A DNA stretch of 64,000 bases, taken from the IMG/VR virus record IMGVR_UViG_3300035698_035366, positions 124,001 to 188,000 of that record; one strand, written 5' to 3'. The notes under the pieces are model-generated. The model was not told where the DNA came from. It saw only the letters and a list, made by a program, of their open reading frames with translations, and searched no databases. Below are positions 30,100 through 40,599 of the stretch, piece by piece. A program made the position numbers and the translations under genes. Every line of letters starts with the position of its first letter. Position 1 is the stretch's first letter.

Positions 30100-31124
30100 A
30101 TATAGTTGATGAAGTACGAAGGCATTTACCTTCAAAAAGACGGCAAGTCGCCGCGGGTTGGATTTCATTTGACTGTCCAGCCTGCATCGCAGCGGGTGAG
30201 TCTAGAGAAGATACCCGGAGTCGAGGTGGGATATTGTTTTCACCTGATGGTGGTATTGTATATCATTGTTTCAATTGTAAGACCAAAGCCCGTTGGGAAC
30301 CAGGAAATCGTTTTTCTGCGAAGATGAAGTTTGTATTTAAGCAATTGGGTATCCCATATGAGCTTATACGTAAAATGGATTTCGAAGCTTGGAGAATGGA
30401 AGAATTAGAGAAGCTCGATGATAATTCATTAGCTGAACGTTATCAGAAGCTTGAACTAAATTTTGATGTGAAAAGCTTACCCAAAGGAACAAAATCATTT
30501 AATGAATGGTTGAAAGAAGAGATAATTCCGGAAAAGTGCATTGATGCAATAAACTATGTCAAAGAACGTGGCCCTCATTTACTAACACATTATAATTTTT
30601 ATTGGTCTCCCGGTCGAAGGAACCAAATGAATGAGAGAGTAATTGTACCATTCACCTATAAAGGTGATATTGTTGGTTATAACGCACGTTTATTTGGTAC
30701 CGGTAAGAATAGATATTATGGTGATATTCCTACAAATTTCCTGTTTAATAATCAAGTATTGGAAAAACATGATAGGAAATATGTATTAGTAGTTGAAGGC
30801 ATTTTTGACGCATATGCAGTTGATGGTGTATCGGCATTGGGATCAACTCTATCTAAAATACAACGACAATGGATTAATGAATCCGGATTGATACCAGTTG
30901 TCATAGCTGATAAAGATAAAGGTGGACAATCTTTGATTGATGCAGCTATTGAAGAACGTTGGGCCGTGTCTTTTCCATATTGGGAAGAAGGCATCGGGGA
31001 TCCTGCAAAAGCTGTGGAAGAATATGGTAGATTGTTTGTTATCAAGTCAATAATTGATAATATAGAGACTAGTAAAATAGCTATTAATGTAAGAAGGAAA
31101 AGGTGGTATGACAATGCAAATTAA
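30096..31124 (+). CDS. DNA primase
   Basis: Zn finger CPAC…HCFNC and TOPRIM VLVVEGIFDA…ADKD. Confidence 0.9.
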   Translation: MNIVDEVRRHLPSKRRQVAAGWISFDCPACIAAGESREDTRSRGGILFSPDGGIVYHCFNCKTKARWEPGNRFSAKMKFVFKQLGIPYELIRKMDFEAWRMEELEKLDDNSLAERYQKLELNFDVKSLPKGTKSFNEWLKEEIIPEKCIDAINYVKERGPHLLTHYNFYWSPGRRNQMNERVIVPFTYKGDIVGYNARLFGTGKNRYYGDIPTNFLFNNQVLEKHDRKYVLVVEGIFDAYAVDGVSALGSTLSKIQRQWINESGLIPVVIADKDKGGQSLIDAAIEERWAVSFPYWEEGIGDPAKAVEEYGRLFVIKSIIDNIETSKIAINVRRKRWYDNAN

Positions 31125-31422
31125 TTTTGAGATAAAAGCAACTGAAATTGAATATATGCCTTATTCAACGGTTTATAATACAACTTCAAATGGCGGACAG
31201 CCTGTTTATGATAACATTGCAAAATATCTAGATCAAAACGTTGAAACTCGCAATCTAGAAATAGATGATAGACTAAATGAACTGGTGAGACGTTTAGATA
31301 GGCTTGAAGAACAAATGAACCAAGAAAAAGAAATTCGAGAAAATAATGAATTCGTCAACGATTTGTATATGCAATATCAATCTGCATTGAAATTAGTAAC
31401 AGATTCAGATAATATTAAATAA
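31108..31422 (+). CDS. Small coiled-coil hypothetical protein
   Basis: 104-aa ORF between primase and helicase. Confidence 0.55.
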   Translation: MTMQINFEIKATEIEYMPYSTVYNTTSNGGQPVYDNIAKYLDQNVETRNLEIDDRLNELVRRLDRLEEQMNQEKEIRENNEFVNDLYMQYQSALKLVTDSDNIK

Positions 31423-31446
31423 TAAACAGTTGGAGGTTTATAAGTA

Positions 31447-32868
31447 GTGAATTACGGCGAAGACACACAGAAAATTTTATTGAGTCTTTTATCGAGTAGC
31501 GAGGAATTATTCATTCGTGTTAGGTCAATTATCAAACCGTATTACTTTGATAAGAAATTCCAAAAGACCGTAAAGTTTATTATCACATATGCTGACGAGC
31601 ATAATGCATTACCTGATGAAAGAATAATTTCGTCCGAGACTGGTTTAGAAGTTGAGACCTTTCCGGATATCGATAGGGGAACCGGAGAATGGTTTCTAAA
31701 AGAGATTGAAAATTTCTGCAAGTATAAGGCATTGGAATATGCTGTAGAATCAGGCCCTGAAATGATTGATAAGGGCGACTATGCTAAACTTGAGAAAAGA
31801 ATTAAAGATGCAATCCTTATTAGCCTGAATAAAGAACTTGGCGTTAATATGTTTGATAACCCAGCATCGGTAATCCAAAGATTAAAAGACAATAATGGTC
31901 AAGTGGGTACAGGTTGGAAAACTATGGATACTATTATCTATGGTGGATTTAATCGAGGAGAATTAGAAATCTTTGCAGGTGCTCCAGGTACCGGTAAGTC
32001 AATTTTCCTACAAAACTTAGCAATCAATATGATTGAACAAGGATTAAATGTTGTTTATTTCACATATGAATTGAGTGAAGAATTAGTTGCCCAGCGGCTT
32101 ATGGCAATGATGGCTGGTGTATCAACCAAAGATGTTATGCGAAAAACCGATGATGTATCTCTTACCATCATGCAACAAAAAAGAAAGAATTCATATGGTG
32201 AGTTACACGTCAAATACATGGGTGCAGGTTCCTGTACAAACGATCTTAAAAGTTATTTGAAGGAATATGAAATACAAACAGGTAACAAAATTGATGTAAT
32301 TGTTCCTGATTACTTGGATTTGATGAGTCCAAATAATAAACGGGTAAGCCCATCAGATTTGTTCATTAAAGATAAGTATGTTTCGGAAGAATTGCGTTCA
32401 CTAGCTGCTGAACTAAATGCTATTTGCATTACGGCATCACAGTTAAACAGAGCAGCAATGGAAGAACAGGATCACGAAATGTACCACATCGCTGGTGGCG
32501 TCTCAAAGATTAACACCGCTGATAATGTTATGACGATTTATACTTCTGAAAGTTTGAAAGAACGTGGTGAATATCGGGTACAGTTTATTAAAACTCGATC
32601 ATCAGCCGGCGTCGGTAAACGATTGAATCTCGCGTTCTCCACCAATTCATTACGGCTTAGTGATTTGGATGAAGATACTGCAACACAAACCAGACAAACA
32701 ATTACTGATATTGGTACCACTTTAAATCGCAAAACTACAATTAAGGCTGTCGATGCGGTGCAAGACGACATTGATGAAAATGATCAAACCGAGAAAGCCA
32801 AACAACAAATTGCTGATAAAGGTAAAAATCTTCGGAGCATTATTAGCAACATACGCAATGATGGTTAA
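31447..32868 (+). CDS. Replicative DNA helicase (DnaB/T4 gp41-like)
   Basis: AGAPGTGKS, VPDYLDLM, ITASQLNR. No intein. Confidence 0.95.
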   Translation: MNYGEDTQKILLSLLSSSEELFIRVRSIIKPYYFDKKFQKTVKFIITYADEHNALPDERIISSETGLEVETFPDIDRGTGEWFLKEIENFCKYKALEYAVESGPEMIDKGDYAKLEKRIKDAILISLNKELGVNMFDNPASVIQRLKDNNGQVGTGWKTMDTIIYGGFNRGELEIFAGAPGTGKSIFLQNLAINMIEQGLNVVYFTYELSEELVAQRLMAMMAGVSTKDVMRKTDDVSLTIMQQKRKNSYGELHVKYMGAGSCTNDLKSYLKEYEIQTGNKIDVIVPDYLDLMSPNNKRVSPSDLFIKDKYVSEELRSLAAELNAICITASQLNRAAMEEQDHEMYHIAGGVSKINTADNVMTIYTSESLKERGEYRVQFIKTRSSAGVGKRLNLAFSTNSLRLSDLDEDTATQTRQTITDIGTTLNRKTTIKAVDAVQDDIDENDQTEKAKQQIADKGKNLRSIISNIRNDG

Positions 32869-32923
32869 TTACAATTTACACCTAAGCTAAATAGTTGATA
32901 GAATTGTATTTAGGAGTATTAGT

Positions 32924-33529
32924 GTGAGTAATTTACACCATTTAGATCAAATGAAGGACTTCATCGCCGCCGCCTATGGCGTCGAACGACCAAGTCTTAG
33001 TGAAGAATCCGAAGAACAATATATTCCAAAATTTGCTCTAGACACATTCAATATGAGTGAAACGTTACTTGAAATGAACATTGACCGTATAAGCAGCATG
33101 TTGGGTGACCGAACGTCTGCAGAAATTGTTCTCGAATCATGCGAAAATTTACGTAATAAAATGGCTGAACAAGATTACCAAGCAGTATACGAAGTAGGTG
33201 AATGTTTAGCGTCAATATTGAAAGATGTTACCAATGACGATACCCCAGAACAATTAACTGAAAGTATGCAACGTAATCGTTATATGTATGATTCAGTCAT
33301 TGAGGATATAAGTGATAAAAAAGAAAAGGTATTGGCTGAAAGTATAGAAAAAATTATCGACGATTGGGAAATGTATTCCGATACTGAAGATAGGGAGGGA
33401 ACATTCTCTGAAGGCGTGGAATATGGTTATACTCTAGCAGCACAAAAAATGCGTGAGATTCTAGAAGCACATACAAAAGAAGAGATTGAACAAGACGAAC
33501 GCGAGGAAAATAATGAAAAACATTATTGA
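32924..33529 (+). CDS. Acidic putative head protein
   Basis: After GCTAAATA (32886); LSEE, LLE, VLES, LTES, LAES sites. Confidence 0.55.
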   Translation: MSNLHHLDQMKDFIAAAYGVERPSLSEESEEQYIPKFALDTFNMSETLLEMNIDRISSMLGDRTSAEIVLESCENLRNKMAEQDYQAVYEVGECLASILKDVTNDDTPEQLTESMQRNRYMYDSVIEDISDKKEKVLAESIEKIIDDWEMYSDTEDREGTFSEGVEYGYTLAAQKMREILEAHTKEEIEQDEREENNEKHY

Positions 33530-33752
33530 AGAACTTGATAAGATTGAAAAAGATAATAATAGATATCTTTTTATTGAATCAAAAGCCAACAACGCAATTG
33601 TCGCTGCAATAAATGTATTGCGTCAAATTAATGAAACCTTTAACCCGGAAGAAGCAGATGAACTAAAGCGTCGGCTGGTTAATTCAATCAAAGGGGAAGA
33701 TCCTCGGAAATTCCAACGAAAGATTCGCCAGTTAAAGGAATCTAAGGAGTAA
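33513..33752 (+). CDS. Small hypothetical protein
   Basis: ATG 33513 after GAGGA; MKNIIEEL…LKES. Confidence 0.6.
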   Translation: MKNIIEELDKIEKDNNRYLFIESKANNAIVAAINVLRQINETFNPEEADELKRRLVNSIKGEDPRKFQRKIRQLKESKE

Positions 33753-33754
33753 TT

Positions 33755-33952
33755 ATGTCTAACGTATCCATTATGAGATCGATAATCAACGATTTGGCTA
33801 ATGAAAAAAGAATTTCGTTAATCGAAAATCCCGGCGTTACTATGCCAGACCAACGGTCATTACGTGATCAATTGTGGGATTTGCATTCTCTAGCAAATCG
33901 AAATAAATTATACGATGCTGCTGATTGGTTGAAAAGGTATTTGGAGAAATAA
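33755..33952 (+). CDS. Small hypothetical protein
   Basis: 65 aa, RBS AAGGAG. Confidence 0.6.
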   Translation: MSNVSIMRSIINDLANEKRISLIENPGVTMPDQRSLRDQLWDLHSLANRNKLYDAADWLKRYLEK

Positions 33953-33954
33953 AT

Positions 33955-35181
33955 ATGTCTTCAGCTAATTATATGCGCGACATTTTAGATAATATGCCCC
34001 ATCGTTTAGATGAGAAAGGTATTATTGGTAGAGCTATGGGTTCTGCCAAACGCAAAGCTTCTAAGCGTATAGGACAAGCCAGGGTTGATAGCGGAAATGC
34101 TAAAAAATCTGCTAAAGGATCTCAACAAGTGCAAGATGTGGATTCTTATGATAATATGGTTGATGCGTTTGGTTATACGTGGAATACATGGTCGAGTAAT
34201 AAAAAAGATAATAATAAATGGCCTGATGCAGATCGCAAACGTAATGGTACAAAAACAAAAACTGTTGGTAATCTGGCATTGTATCTTTTTGGCTTGGGGC
34301 TTGAAGTAACAGAAATTAGAGACTTCTTCAGTCAAGCTAAACTTGATGCACGAGAAGGATTAGGGAAAATTAAAAACCATTTGGATGCAACGGGATTGGG
34401 GAATCAACCGAAAGACACGAAAGACACGAAAGACCCTAACGTCGCGAAAGACACTAACGACACCGAAGACCCAGACGATTTACGCAATATACTTGATTCA
34501 ATGCGTATACCAACTTCAGCTGATAGATTCATGCTATTAGAATTTGTTGTGTTATTAACCGAAGCCGGCGCGTCTTTCAACTTGAAGTCAGTAGCTGACG
34601 ATTTTGCAAACTGGGCCATTGATACTGGCAAAGATTATTTGGGAATCGGTAATGATGATGGTACTGACGGTGCAGGTGAAGAGAAAGTAGATACTGAAGA
34701 GTTTCGAAAAGATTTAATCTCAGCACTTCTAAAATATGGTAAAGGGACCAGTAAGAACCCTGAATGGGTTCAGAACCGCCTCCTACCAGATTCCAAAATG
34801 GAATTATTGCAAAAATTGAATAAACTTAATAACAAGGATGCCAAAAACCCCGAGGAAGAATTAAATGGTACTTTGATAAATGACGAAAAGAATCGAAAAT
34901 TTATCGAGTTTGCCCATATACTTTTGGGAATGTATAAAGATAACAAAGAAAAGTACAGTTTGTTGAGTAAAGAGATAATGAAGGCTATGGTTAAGGCTGG
35001 CCCCGCGGATGGAAAAAGTGCTGGGAAAGAAATTGAAGATGGTTTAAAGAACTACTTACGGCAAATATCTGGTCCTATGAAAAATAATGCGTATGAACAG
35101 GGAACAGCTAGAAAGCTTTGGGCATTTGGATATGCCGGAGCAAGGTATATTAACAATAAGAAGTTATACGTGGAGAAATAA
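33955..35181 (+). CDS. Putative internal head/ejection protein
   Basis: ATG 33955 after GGAG; leader ending LDE|KGIIG. Confidence 0.55.
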   Translation: MSSANYMRDILDNMPHRLDEKGIIGRAMGSAKRKASKRIGQARVDSGNAKKSAKGSQQVQDVDSYDNMVDAFGYTWNTWSSNKKDNNKWPDADRKRNGTKTKTVGNLALYLFGLGLEVTEIRDFFSQAKLDAREGLGKIKNHLDATGLGNQPKDTKDTKDPNVAKDTNDTEDPDDLRNILDSMRIPTSADRFMLLEFVVLLTEAGASFNLKSVADDFANWAIDTGKDYLGIGNDDGTDGAGEEKVDTEEFRKDLISALLKYGKGTSKNPEWVQNRLLPDSKMELLQKLNKLNNKDAKNPEEELNGTLINDEKNRKFIEFAHILLGMYKDNKEKYSLLSKEIMKAMVKAGPADGKSAGKEIEDGLKNYLRQISGPMKNNAYEQGTARKLWAFGYAGARYINNKKLYVEK

Positions 35182-35182
35182 T

Positions 35183-35956
35183 ATGACCTTTGAACTGTTT
35201 AATGATTTGTTGGAAAGTAGATTAATAAGGAGTCGATCGGCTTTATCAAAATATGATGCACAGGACATTGCTAATCTAACATTTCTATATTTTATTGCTA
35301 TGGAAATTTTATCACAGGAGTTTTCAACAACTAGATTTGCAAGTAATTATGCTCGAAAGACCATTACATATAATAATTTTGATAGGCTAATAACCGCATC
35401 TACTGATTTATATGTACTAATGCATGTATTGATGGGTAAGAATAGCGAGGAAGCCCGTAAGCAATTAAAAAATGATTCATCGAATGATGTTTTTTTCCAA
35501 GGATTGAATTTACCGCTTCCACAAATTAAAAAATATTTTAACGATATTCATAAAAATAAACGGGATACTGGTTTTTCGAGACGTTTATTATACACACTAC
35601 AAAGCAAATTAAGAATATCCAATTCAAATTATCGCTCGATGCGAATATTAGCAAGTGATTGGTCTGAACAGACAGAAGAGCGTAAGCGTTTAACAATGAC
35701 TAGGTTGCTTATGGCATTACGAAAAAATGCAATTATGAGTGAACTTCTACCGGTATTAGAAAAAGTGGCTAAGAGTAATAAATATGAGATAAAAGGAGCC
35801 AATAATCCAGAAGAAGAACAGCCAAAGAAAAATGGTAGTAATTTTTGGAAAACATTGGCTGTTGGGGCATTAGGTGCCGCAGGTGGCGCATATGCTGGAT
35901 ATAAATTAGTTCAAAATCCAAATATAAGGAAACAGAGATCATGGTCAACCAAATAA
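35183..35956 (+). CDS. Putative virion protein with C-terminal glycine-rich hydrophobic helix
   Basis: MTFELFNDLLES leader; FWKTLAVGALGAAGGAYAGYKLV. Confidence 0.6.
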   Translation: MTFELFNDLLESRLIRSRSALSKYDAQDIANLTFLYFIAMEILSQEFSTTRFASNYARKTITYNNFDRLITASTDLYVLMHVLMGKNSEEARKQLKNDSSNDVFFQGLNLPLPQIKKYFNDIHKNKRDTGFSRRLLYTLQSKLRISNSNYRSMRILASDWSEQTEERKRLTMTRLLMALRKNAIMSELLPVLEKVAKSNKYEIKGANNPEEEQPKKNGSNFWKTLAVGALGAAGGAYAGYKLVQNPNIRKQRSWSTK

Positions 35957-36903
35957 AGAGAGAGATGCGTAAATTGTTGGATCATATTAATGATGGTTAT
36001 AATAATACGACACCAAAGAAAAAGTTGAATGAGAGTCGTATTGTGATGGAAGCTGATAATGATTTCACAGATGCTCTACGCCAGAAGATCGTTAATGACG
36101 ATGATTATAAAAATGGTGACGTACATCAAGCAATTTTGAATGTCGCATATGATGATTGGCAAAATAATGATAAAATGCAAGGTTATAGAGATATGATTGA
36201 ACATACCCATGTTACTTATGGTCCATTGGCTGCATTTGCAGTTCTTGCAGGAAAGCACAACCAACAAGTTGAGAATGGTGGCCATGCGCAATATTTCGAT
36301 AATGGTTATGCTGGTGGTGATGGGCCGGGTGGTCGGAAAGATGAAAGTGATACAGAATTGCATCAAATGCTCATTGAATTCGCCAATCAATATAATATTT
36401 CATCCTTATCCGGTGGTTCAGATGCTTTAGAAATTTATAATGAATGGAAACCAAGTCAATCAGATTGTGATGAATGCGGCGGTAATGGACACTACGAAGA
36501 AGACTGTCCTGACTGTCATGGTCAAGGTATGGATGATGAAGGAGAAACGTGTGAATACTGTGATGGTAGCGGAGTTGATCAAGGCGAATGTAGTCAATGC
36601 TGGGGAAGTGGTGAAGGTGAAGTTACCGGAGAAGCTGATTATTTAGATAGTGCATGGTATAAACTTAACGGACCATACATGAAAGCATTAAACAGTTTCT
36701 TTGCCAGCAAGCTAAAATCCAATACAACAGAAGAAAGCTTTAACCATGTAGAAGAAACAGCTACTTCCGGTGGATCAAGTGCTGGTGGTATCGCGTCTGT
36801 ACCTGGATCTTTGGGTGCGGGATTCGGCGGAGACCCAAAAGCAAGCATTTATCACAAAAAAGAAAAGAAAAACCGGAAAAAGCCTACCATAATTAAGAGA
36901 TAA
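35941..36903 (+). CDS. Protein with DMP19/DUF4375-like domain and inserted DnaJ-type zinc finger
   Basis: QQVENGGHAQYFDN plus four CxxCxGxG repeats. Confidence 0.6.
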   Translation: MVNQIKREMRKLLDHINDGYNNTTPKKKLNESRIVMEADNDFTDALRQKIVNDDDYKNGDVHQAILNVAYDDWQNNDKMQGYRDMIEHTHVTYGPLAAFAVLAGKHNQQVENGGHAQYFDNGYAGGDGPGGRKDESDTELHQMLIEFANQYNISSLSGGSDALEIYNEWKPSQSDCDECGGNGHYEEDCPDCHGQGMDDEGETCEYCDGSGVDQGECSQCWGSGEGEVTGEADYLDSAWYKLNGPYMKALNSFFASKLKSNTTEESFNHVEETATSGGSSAGGIASVPGSLGAGFGGDPKASIYHKKEKKNRKKPTIIKR

Positions 36904-36994
36904 GGTGCAACAAAATATACTTCTTGTATAAATAATATTACACGGACTCAAAATATTTGAGGCCATATTAACACATTTATTGGAGACAAATAAA

Positions 36995-37447
36995 ATGGTA
37001 ACTAAAGTAAACGGTTTTAGCCAGACAGGAGTAGAAGCTCTTACTGGTAATCTAGACTTCTTCACAGTTCGCACACTTGAGCCAATCCTAACAGATGGCC
37101 AGGATGAAGGAACGCCAGTATCTGGTGAAGTAACACAGGGCGACGCAACCACACAGGCTGCCCTAGACCTCCTAATCGAAACAATTTCACAGCGTGCTCA
37201 GCCAGTAATTCTTTCCAACGTTGCTGTTTCTCGTGAAGCGGTTGCCGGTATCACTGACCTTCCAGCAGTTGCCGACGATGGTGATACAAATGATACAGTT
37301 TATGTATTCAAGTTTGCAATCGAGCATACAGAAGCATGGGATGCAGACCTACTAGCAGAAGCACTTGACTCTGCAAACGGTGTATTCGTATTCCGTACAC
37401 CAACAACAAACAACAACGTTGCAATCGTTCGTAACGCAACTCTATAA
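36995..37447 (+). CDS. Abundant structural protein candidate (head decoration-like)
   Basis: TATAAATA at 36927, RBS GGAG, biased high-expression codon usage, own terminator. Confidence 0.6.
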   Translation: MVTKVNGFSQTGVEALTGNLDFFTVRTLEPILTDGQDEGTPVSGEVTQGDATTQAALDLLIETISQRAQPVILSNVAVSREAVAGITDLPAVADDGDTNDTVYVFKFAIEHTEAWDADLLAEALDSANGVFVFRTPTTNNNVAIVRNATL

Positions 37448-37472
37448 TATTTAGAGTAATTGTTTAACATTT

Positions 37473-37500
37473 AATGGCGGGGCTTGTCCCCGCCATTCTT
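37473..37500 (+). terminator. Intrinsic terminator/stem-loop
   Basis: AATGGCGGGG-CTTGT-CCCCGCCATT followed by CTT. Confidence 0.75.
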
Positions 37501-37583
37501 GTATCTAGAACTTCAGAATCTGCTAAATAAATATAATATACTGTGGCATAATGTCACCATGACAAATTGAAGGGATTTAGGGA

Positions 37584-38555
37584 ATGTTAACAACTAAAAA
37601 CTTTAGAAATAAACTTATTCGAGAAGCAATTGAATCTTTGCTTGAAACAGGATTTAATTTGAAAGAATATGATATCGAAGAGCTTAAACGCGGGATCCTG
37701 AAGAATTTCGCCAGGTCGACGGAAGCGCGTTTTGATGTGGATAGTATAGATGATGCGACCAATATGCGTGGTATGTTTACTAGGCTTGCTAAAAAATCAT
37801 TTGCAGATCAAGAAATTCCACTTGAATCAACCAATGAAGATACTCAATTAGGACCAGATGGCCGCGGTGCATGGAAAGTTACTTATGTTTCTCCAGATAA
37901 GAAAGACATCGGTAATGATAATTTTGAAACTGAACGTGAAGCCAGACGATTTGCTCGCGCTTTAAAACGTAAAGGATATAACGATGTCCACGTTGAATTA
38001 GGTCAACTTGGTGAGGCCTACCCTGATGATTTTGACTCCAAAGCCGCTGATGCTTATTGGGGTGACAATGAAGAAGAATTCGAAAAGATGGCTGAAGCTT
38101 TAAAGTATGAAATTGATAATGTTGACCTAGAAGGGCATTCTAAAGATCCAGAAGATTATGAATATAATATGGAACATCTACTTGATGCGTTAGTTGGCGG
38201 TTTAAAATCCCGAGCAGAAGATGAAAATGCATTCCATGACATGTACAAAGATCTTTACAACTATGGTGAGAAAATTCTTGCTCCCAAGTTAAAAAAATAT
38301 ATGGGAATGGTTGATGAGGGTTATCATGTAGTTCCGGGAATTAATACAGAAAGATATCAAGAACGCGCCGGCTTAGAAGGACCATTCGGAACTAGAAGTG
38401 GGAAGGTTGTTTATTATGACCCGAAGGAAGGAAAATATTATGATTCGGATAGTGATATGTATTTGAGTCATGATGAATACGAGGCACTCAATTCAAATAG
38501 AAACGTTCATGAGAATGCACTTGTTAAACTTAGAAGATTATCAGGCATAAAGTAA
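37584..38555 (+). CDS. Acidic multi-module putative internal head protein
   Basis: LLE, TNE, LGE, VDE and VHE sites; ends KLRRLSGIK; after GCTAAATA (37522). Confidence 0.6.
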   Translation: MLTTKNFRNKLIREAIESLLETGFNLKEYDIEELKRGILKNFARSTEARFDVDSIDDATNMRGMFTRLAKKSFADQEIPLESTNEDTQLGPDGRGAWKVTYVSPDKKDIGNDNFETEREARRFARALKRKGYNDVHVELGQLGEAYPDDFDSKAADAYWGDNEEEFEKMAEALKYEIDNVDLEGHSKDPEDYEYNMEHLLDALVGGLKSRAEDENAFHDMYKDLYNYGEKILAPKLKKYMGMVDEGYHVVPGINTERYQERAGLEGPFGTRSGKVVYYDPKEGKYYDSDSDMYLSHDEYEALNSNRNVHENALVKLRRLSGIK

Positions 38556-38596
38556 TAAATACAACTAACTAGGGTTAAACACAGAAGGGCAATAAA

Positions 38597-38905
38597 ATGA
38601 CACTTGACGAATTATTTGAAGATGATGATTTCGAGAAAGAACTTGGGGAATCAGTAAAACGTATTTGGGCGAGATCTGGTAAGAAGGTTGTTCGTAAATT
38701 CAGGTGTACTGCTGGCCCAAAACAAGGTCGTATTGTTGCATCCGCCGCCGCATGTGGACGCGCACCTGATCCTAAAAAGCGTATGACGTTGAAAAAAACA
38801 AAAGCTGCTAAGGGAAAGCGTATGTCCCGTAAGGCCTTAAAGACAAAAAAGAGAAATCCAGCTTCAATTAGAGTTCAAAGACTTAATAAACAGGCAGGTA
38901 AGTAA
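38597..38905 (+). CDS. Small basic protein with acidic leader (prohead core-like)
   Basis: MTLDELFE…LGE|S, then K/R-rich body with two Cys. Confidence 0.6.
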   Translation: MTLDELFEDDDFEKELGESVKRIWARSGKKVVRKFRCTAGPKQGRIVASAAACGRAPDPKKRMTLKKTKAAKGKRMSRKALKTKKRNPASIRVQRLNKQAGK

Positions 38906-39558
38906 TGACTGAAAAAACTCTAACTGAGGTTTTGCGAGACTATCAAAATTCAATTGAACGGAGCCTAGCTGGTGCAATTACCGGTAAAAAAGATGACGAG
39001 CTTGATAATTCGGATATCGAATCAGCCCAACAAATAGCAGCGAAAACAACAGATTCTTCGTATATGGCACTCGCAAATGCATTAGATATCGATGATGCGA
39101 AACAAGTACAAGATATAGTACATAGTATTAATCCGACTATAAAATTTGTAGAAATGAGGGAAACTAACTTGTTAGATCGAGACATGCTGGAATCTGCTGG
39201 TTTCACTTATGCTGCAATAGTACCACAAGAGTTGACTAAAAGGATTTCAGATTATTTGGATGAAAACGAAATTGATTATATGGATGATGGTACAGGAAAC
39301 TACCAGTTAAAACTCGGTGACCGAGAATCAGCATACAAAATTGGGCGTGGATTAAACAAAATGCTTACAGCAAGCCATATAGTTAGAGATTCAAAAGAAG
39401 AAGAAAACAAAACCAAGAAAAAAATTGTCAAAAGACATCGAACAGGGCTCGCTGGTATACAACAAACGGGTTCTGGTCCACACACCGCAGCTAAATATAC
39501 TAAACAAGATAGACGTGGTGGAAAGCACCGCAAAGAATTTAATTCGGGAGACGAATGA
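38905..39558 (+). CDS. Hypothetical head-cluster protein
   Basis: 217-aa ORF translationally coupled to its neighbours. Confidence 0.55.
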   Translation: MTEKTLTEVLRDYQNSIERSLAGAITGKKDDELDNSDIESAQQIAAKTTDSSYMALANALDIDDAKQVQDIVHSINPTIKFVEMRETNLLDRDMLESAGFTYAAIVPQELTKRISDYLDENEIDYMDDGTGNYQLKLGDRESAYKIGRGLNKMLTASHIVRDSKEEENKTKKKIVKRHRTGLAGIQQTGSGPHTAAKYTKQDRRGGKHRKEFNSGDE

Positions 39559-39559
39559 T

Positions 39560-40369
39560 ATGACAAAAGATAATAAATTAGATGAGCAGGTTCTTGGCTT
39601 CGCAAGTGTTGGTCGTCTACAGAAACTAGCAGGAATCCACAGTAATCTTCCGATTGTTAAACAAATCGATGAAGAAGATGATAAAAAACCTGACGAAGAT
39701 GGTGATGGTGTTCCTGATTGGGCCGATAAGAAGTCTGGAAAAGATGACAAGGAAGCCGTTAACGAAGATGAGTTTGATGGAATTGATGACTTCGATGATG
39801 ATCCGGTAATCGACCCAATGGGCGATAGCGGAATGCCTGGCGAATTGGGAGATGAACCAGTTGAAGAACCATTTGATCCAGAAATGGATGATATGGCACC
39901 AGAGCTCGACGATATGCCAGGAGATGACATGGGTCCTGATATGGACGATGACATGGTTTCAATGGATGATCTACCATCAGTAGAACCAGAACCAATGATG
40001 CCAGATTCAAGAATGGATATGGGAATGGGATCTGATATGGTTGGTGACGTTCGTTCAGAAATGGAAAGCAATTTAGACAGTTTATTGTCTTCTGCACCAA
40101 ACTTGAAGATTGCAGATTTCAAGGATGTTTTACACCACGCTGAAGAAGTTGTTGCGCAGATCCGTGCAATGGGTGCGCAGTACCTCAAGGAAGGTCGAGT
40201 AACAAGGCGTAATGCAAACAAAACGCTCCGTGAAGGATCAAATGCTTCTGGTTCAGGTTTCCGCAAGTCACTGTTTGAAGTTAATACAATTGTTAGTGAT
40301 AAAAAATATTCTAATAAAACCCACCCAACTCACCGATTGAAGCGTGGCAAAACAGCCGCAACCAAATAA
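39560..40369 (+). CDS. Acidic low-complexity protein (scaffold-like)
   Basis: LDE|Q…RLQKLAGI, then a D/M/P-rich tract. Probable ATG at 39560. Confidence 0.55.
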   Translation: MTKDNKLDEQVLGFASVGRLQKLAGIHSNLPIVKQIDEEDDKKPDEDGDGVPDWADKKSGKDDKEAVNEDEFDGIDDFDDDPVIDPMGDSGMPGELGDEPVEEPFDPEMDDMAPELDDMPGDDMGPDMDDDMVSMDDLPSVEPEPMMPDSRMDMGMGSDMVGDVRSEMESNLDSLLSSAPNLKIADFKDVLHHAEEVVAQIRAMGAQYLKEGRVTRRNANKTLREGSNASGSGFRKSLFEVNTIVSDKKYSNKTHPTHRLKRGKTAATK

Positions 40370-40599
40370 TGCGTTGGATAGAAGTCCTTGGTGGATTACG
40401 AATGCCAATCAACAACGAGGAATCCAAGCTCGTTGATAAGATTGACGAATCCAAAGAATTTGATAAGGAAAAACTGTCAGAAAGAGAGCAAGAATTGGCT
40501 CGCAATCTCGTATCACGTGGAGTTTTAAATAGATTTTCCAATGATGATAGTATAGTATATTATACAGTTAATAAAATTCAACCAGCCTGGAGGGAATGA
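40369..40599 (+). CDS. Small hypothetical protein (winged-helix-like pattern)
   Basis: LSEREQELARNLVSRGVL. Confidence 0.6.
   Translation: MRWIEVLGGLRMPINNEESKLVDKIDESKEFDKEKLSEREQELARNLVSRGVLNRFSNDDSIVYYTVNKIQPAWRE

Noticed and set aside
34411-34470. Short tandem repeat AAAGACACG (KDT repeats)
   Set aside because: A brief in-frame low-complexity linker within a CDS; too short to support a distinct element.
39391-40266. 291-aa minus-strand ORF (and similar antisense ORFs such as 613..1143, 3966..4412, 11447..11746, 43633..43998)
   Set aside because: Ser/Ile-rich shadows of acidic plus-strand genes; no RBS or motifs.
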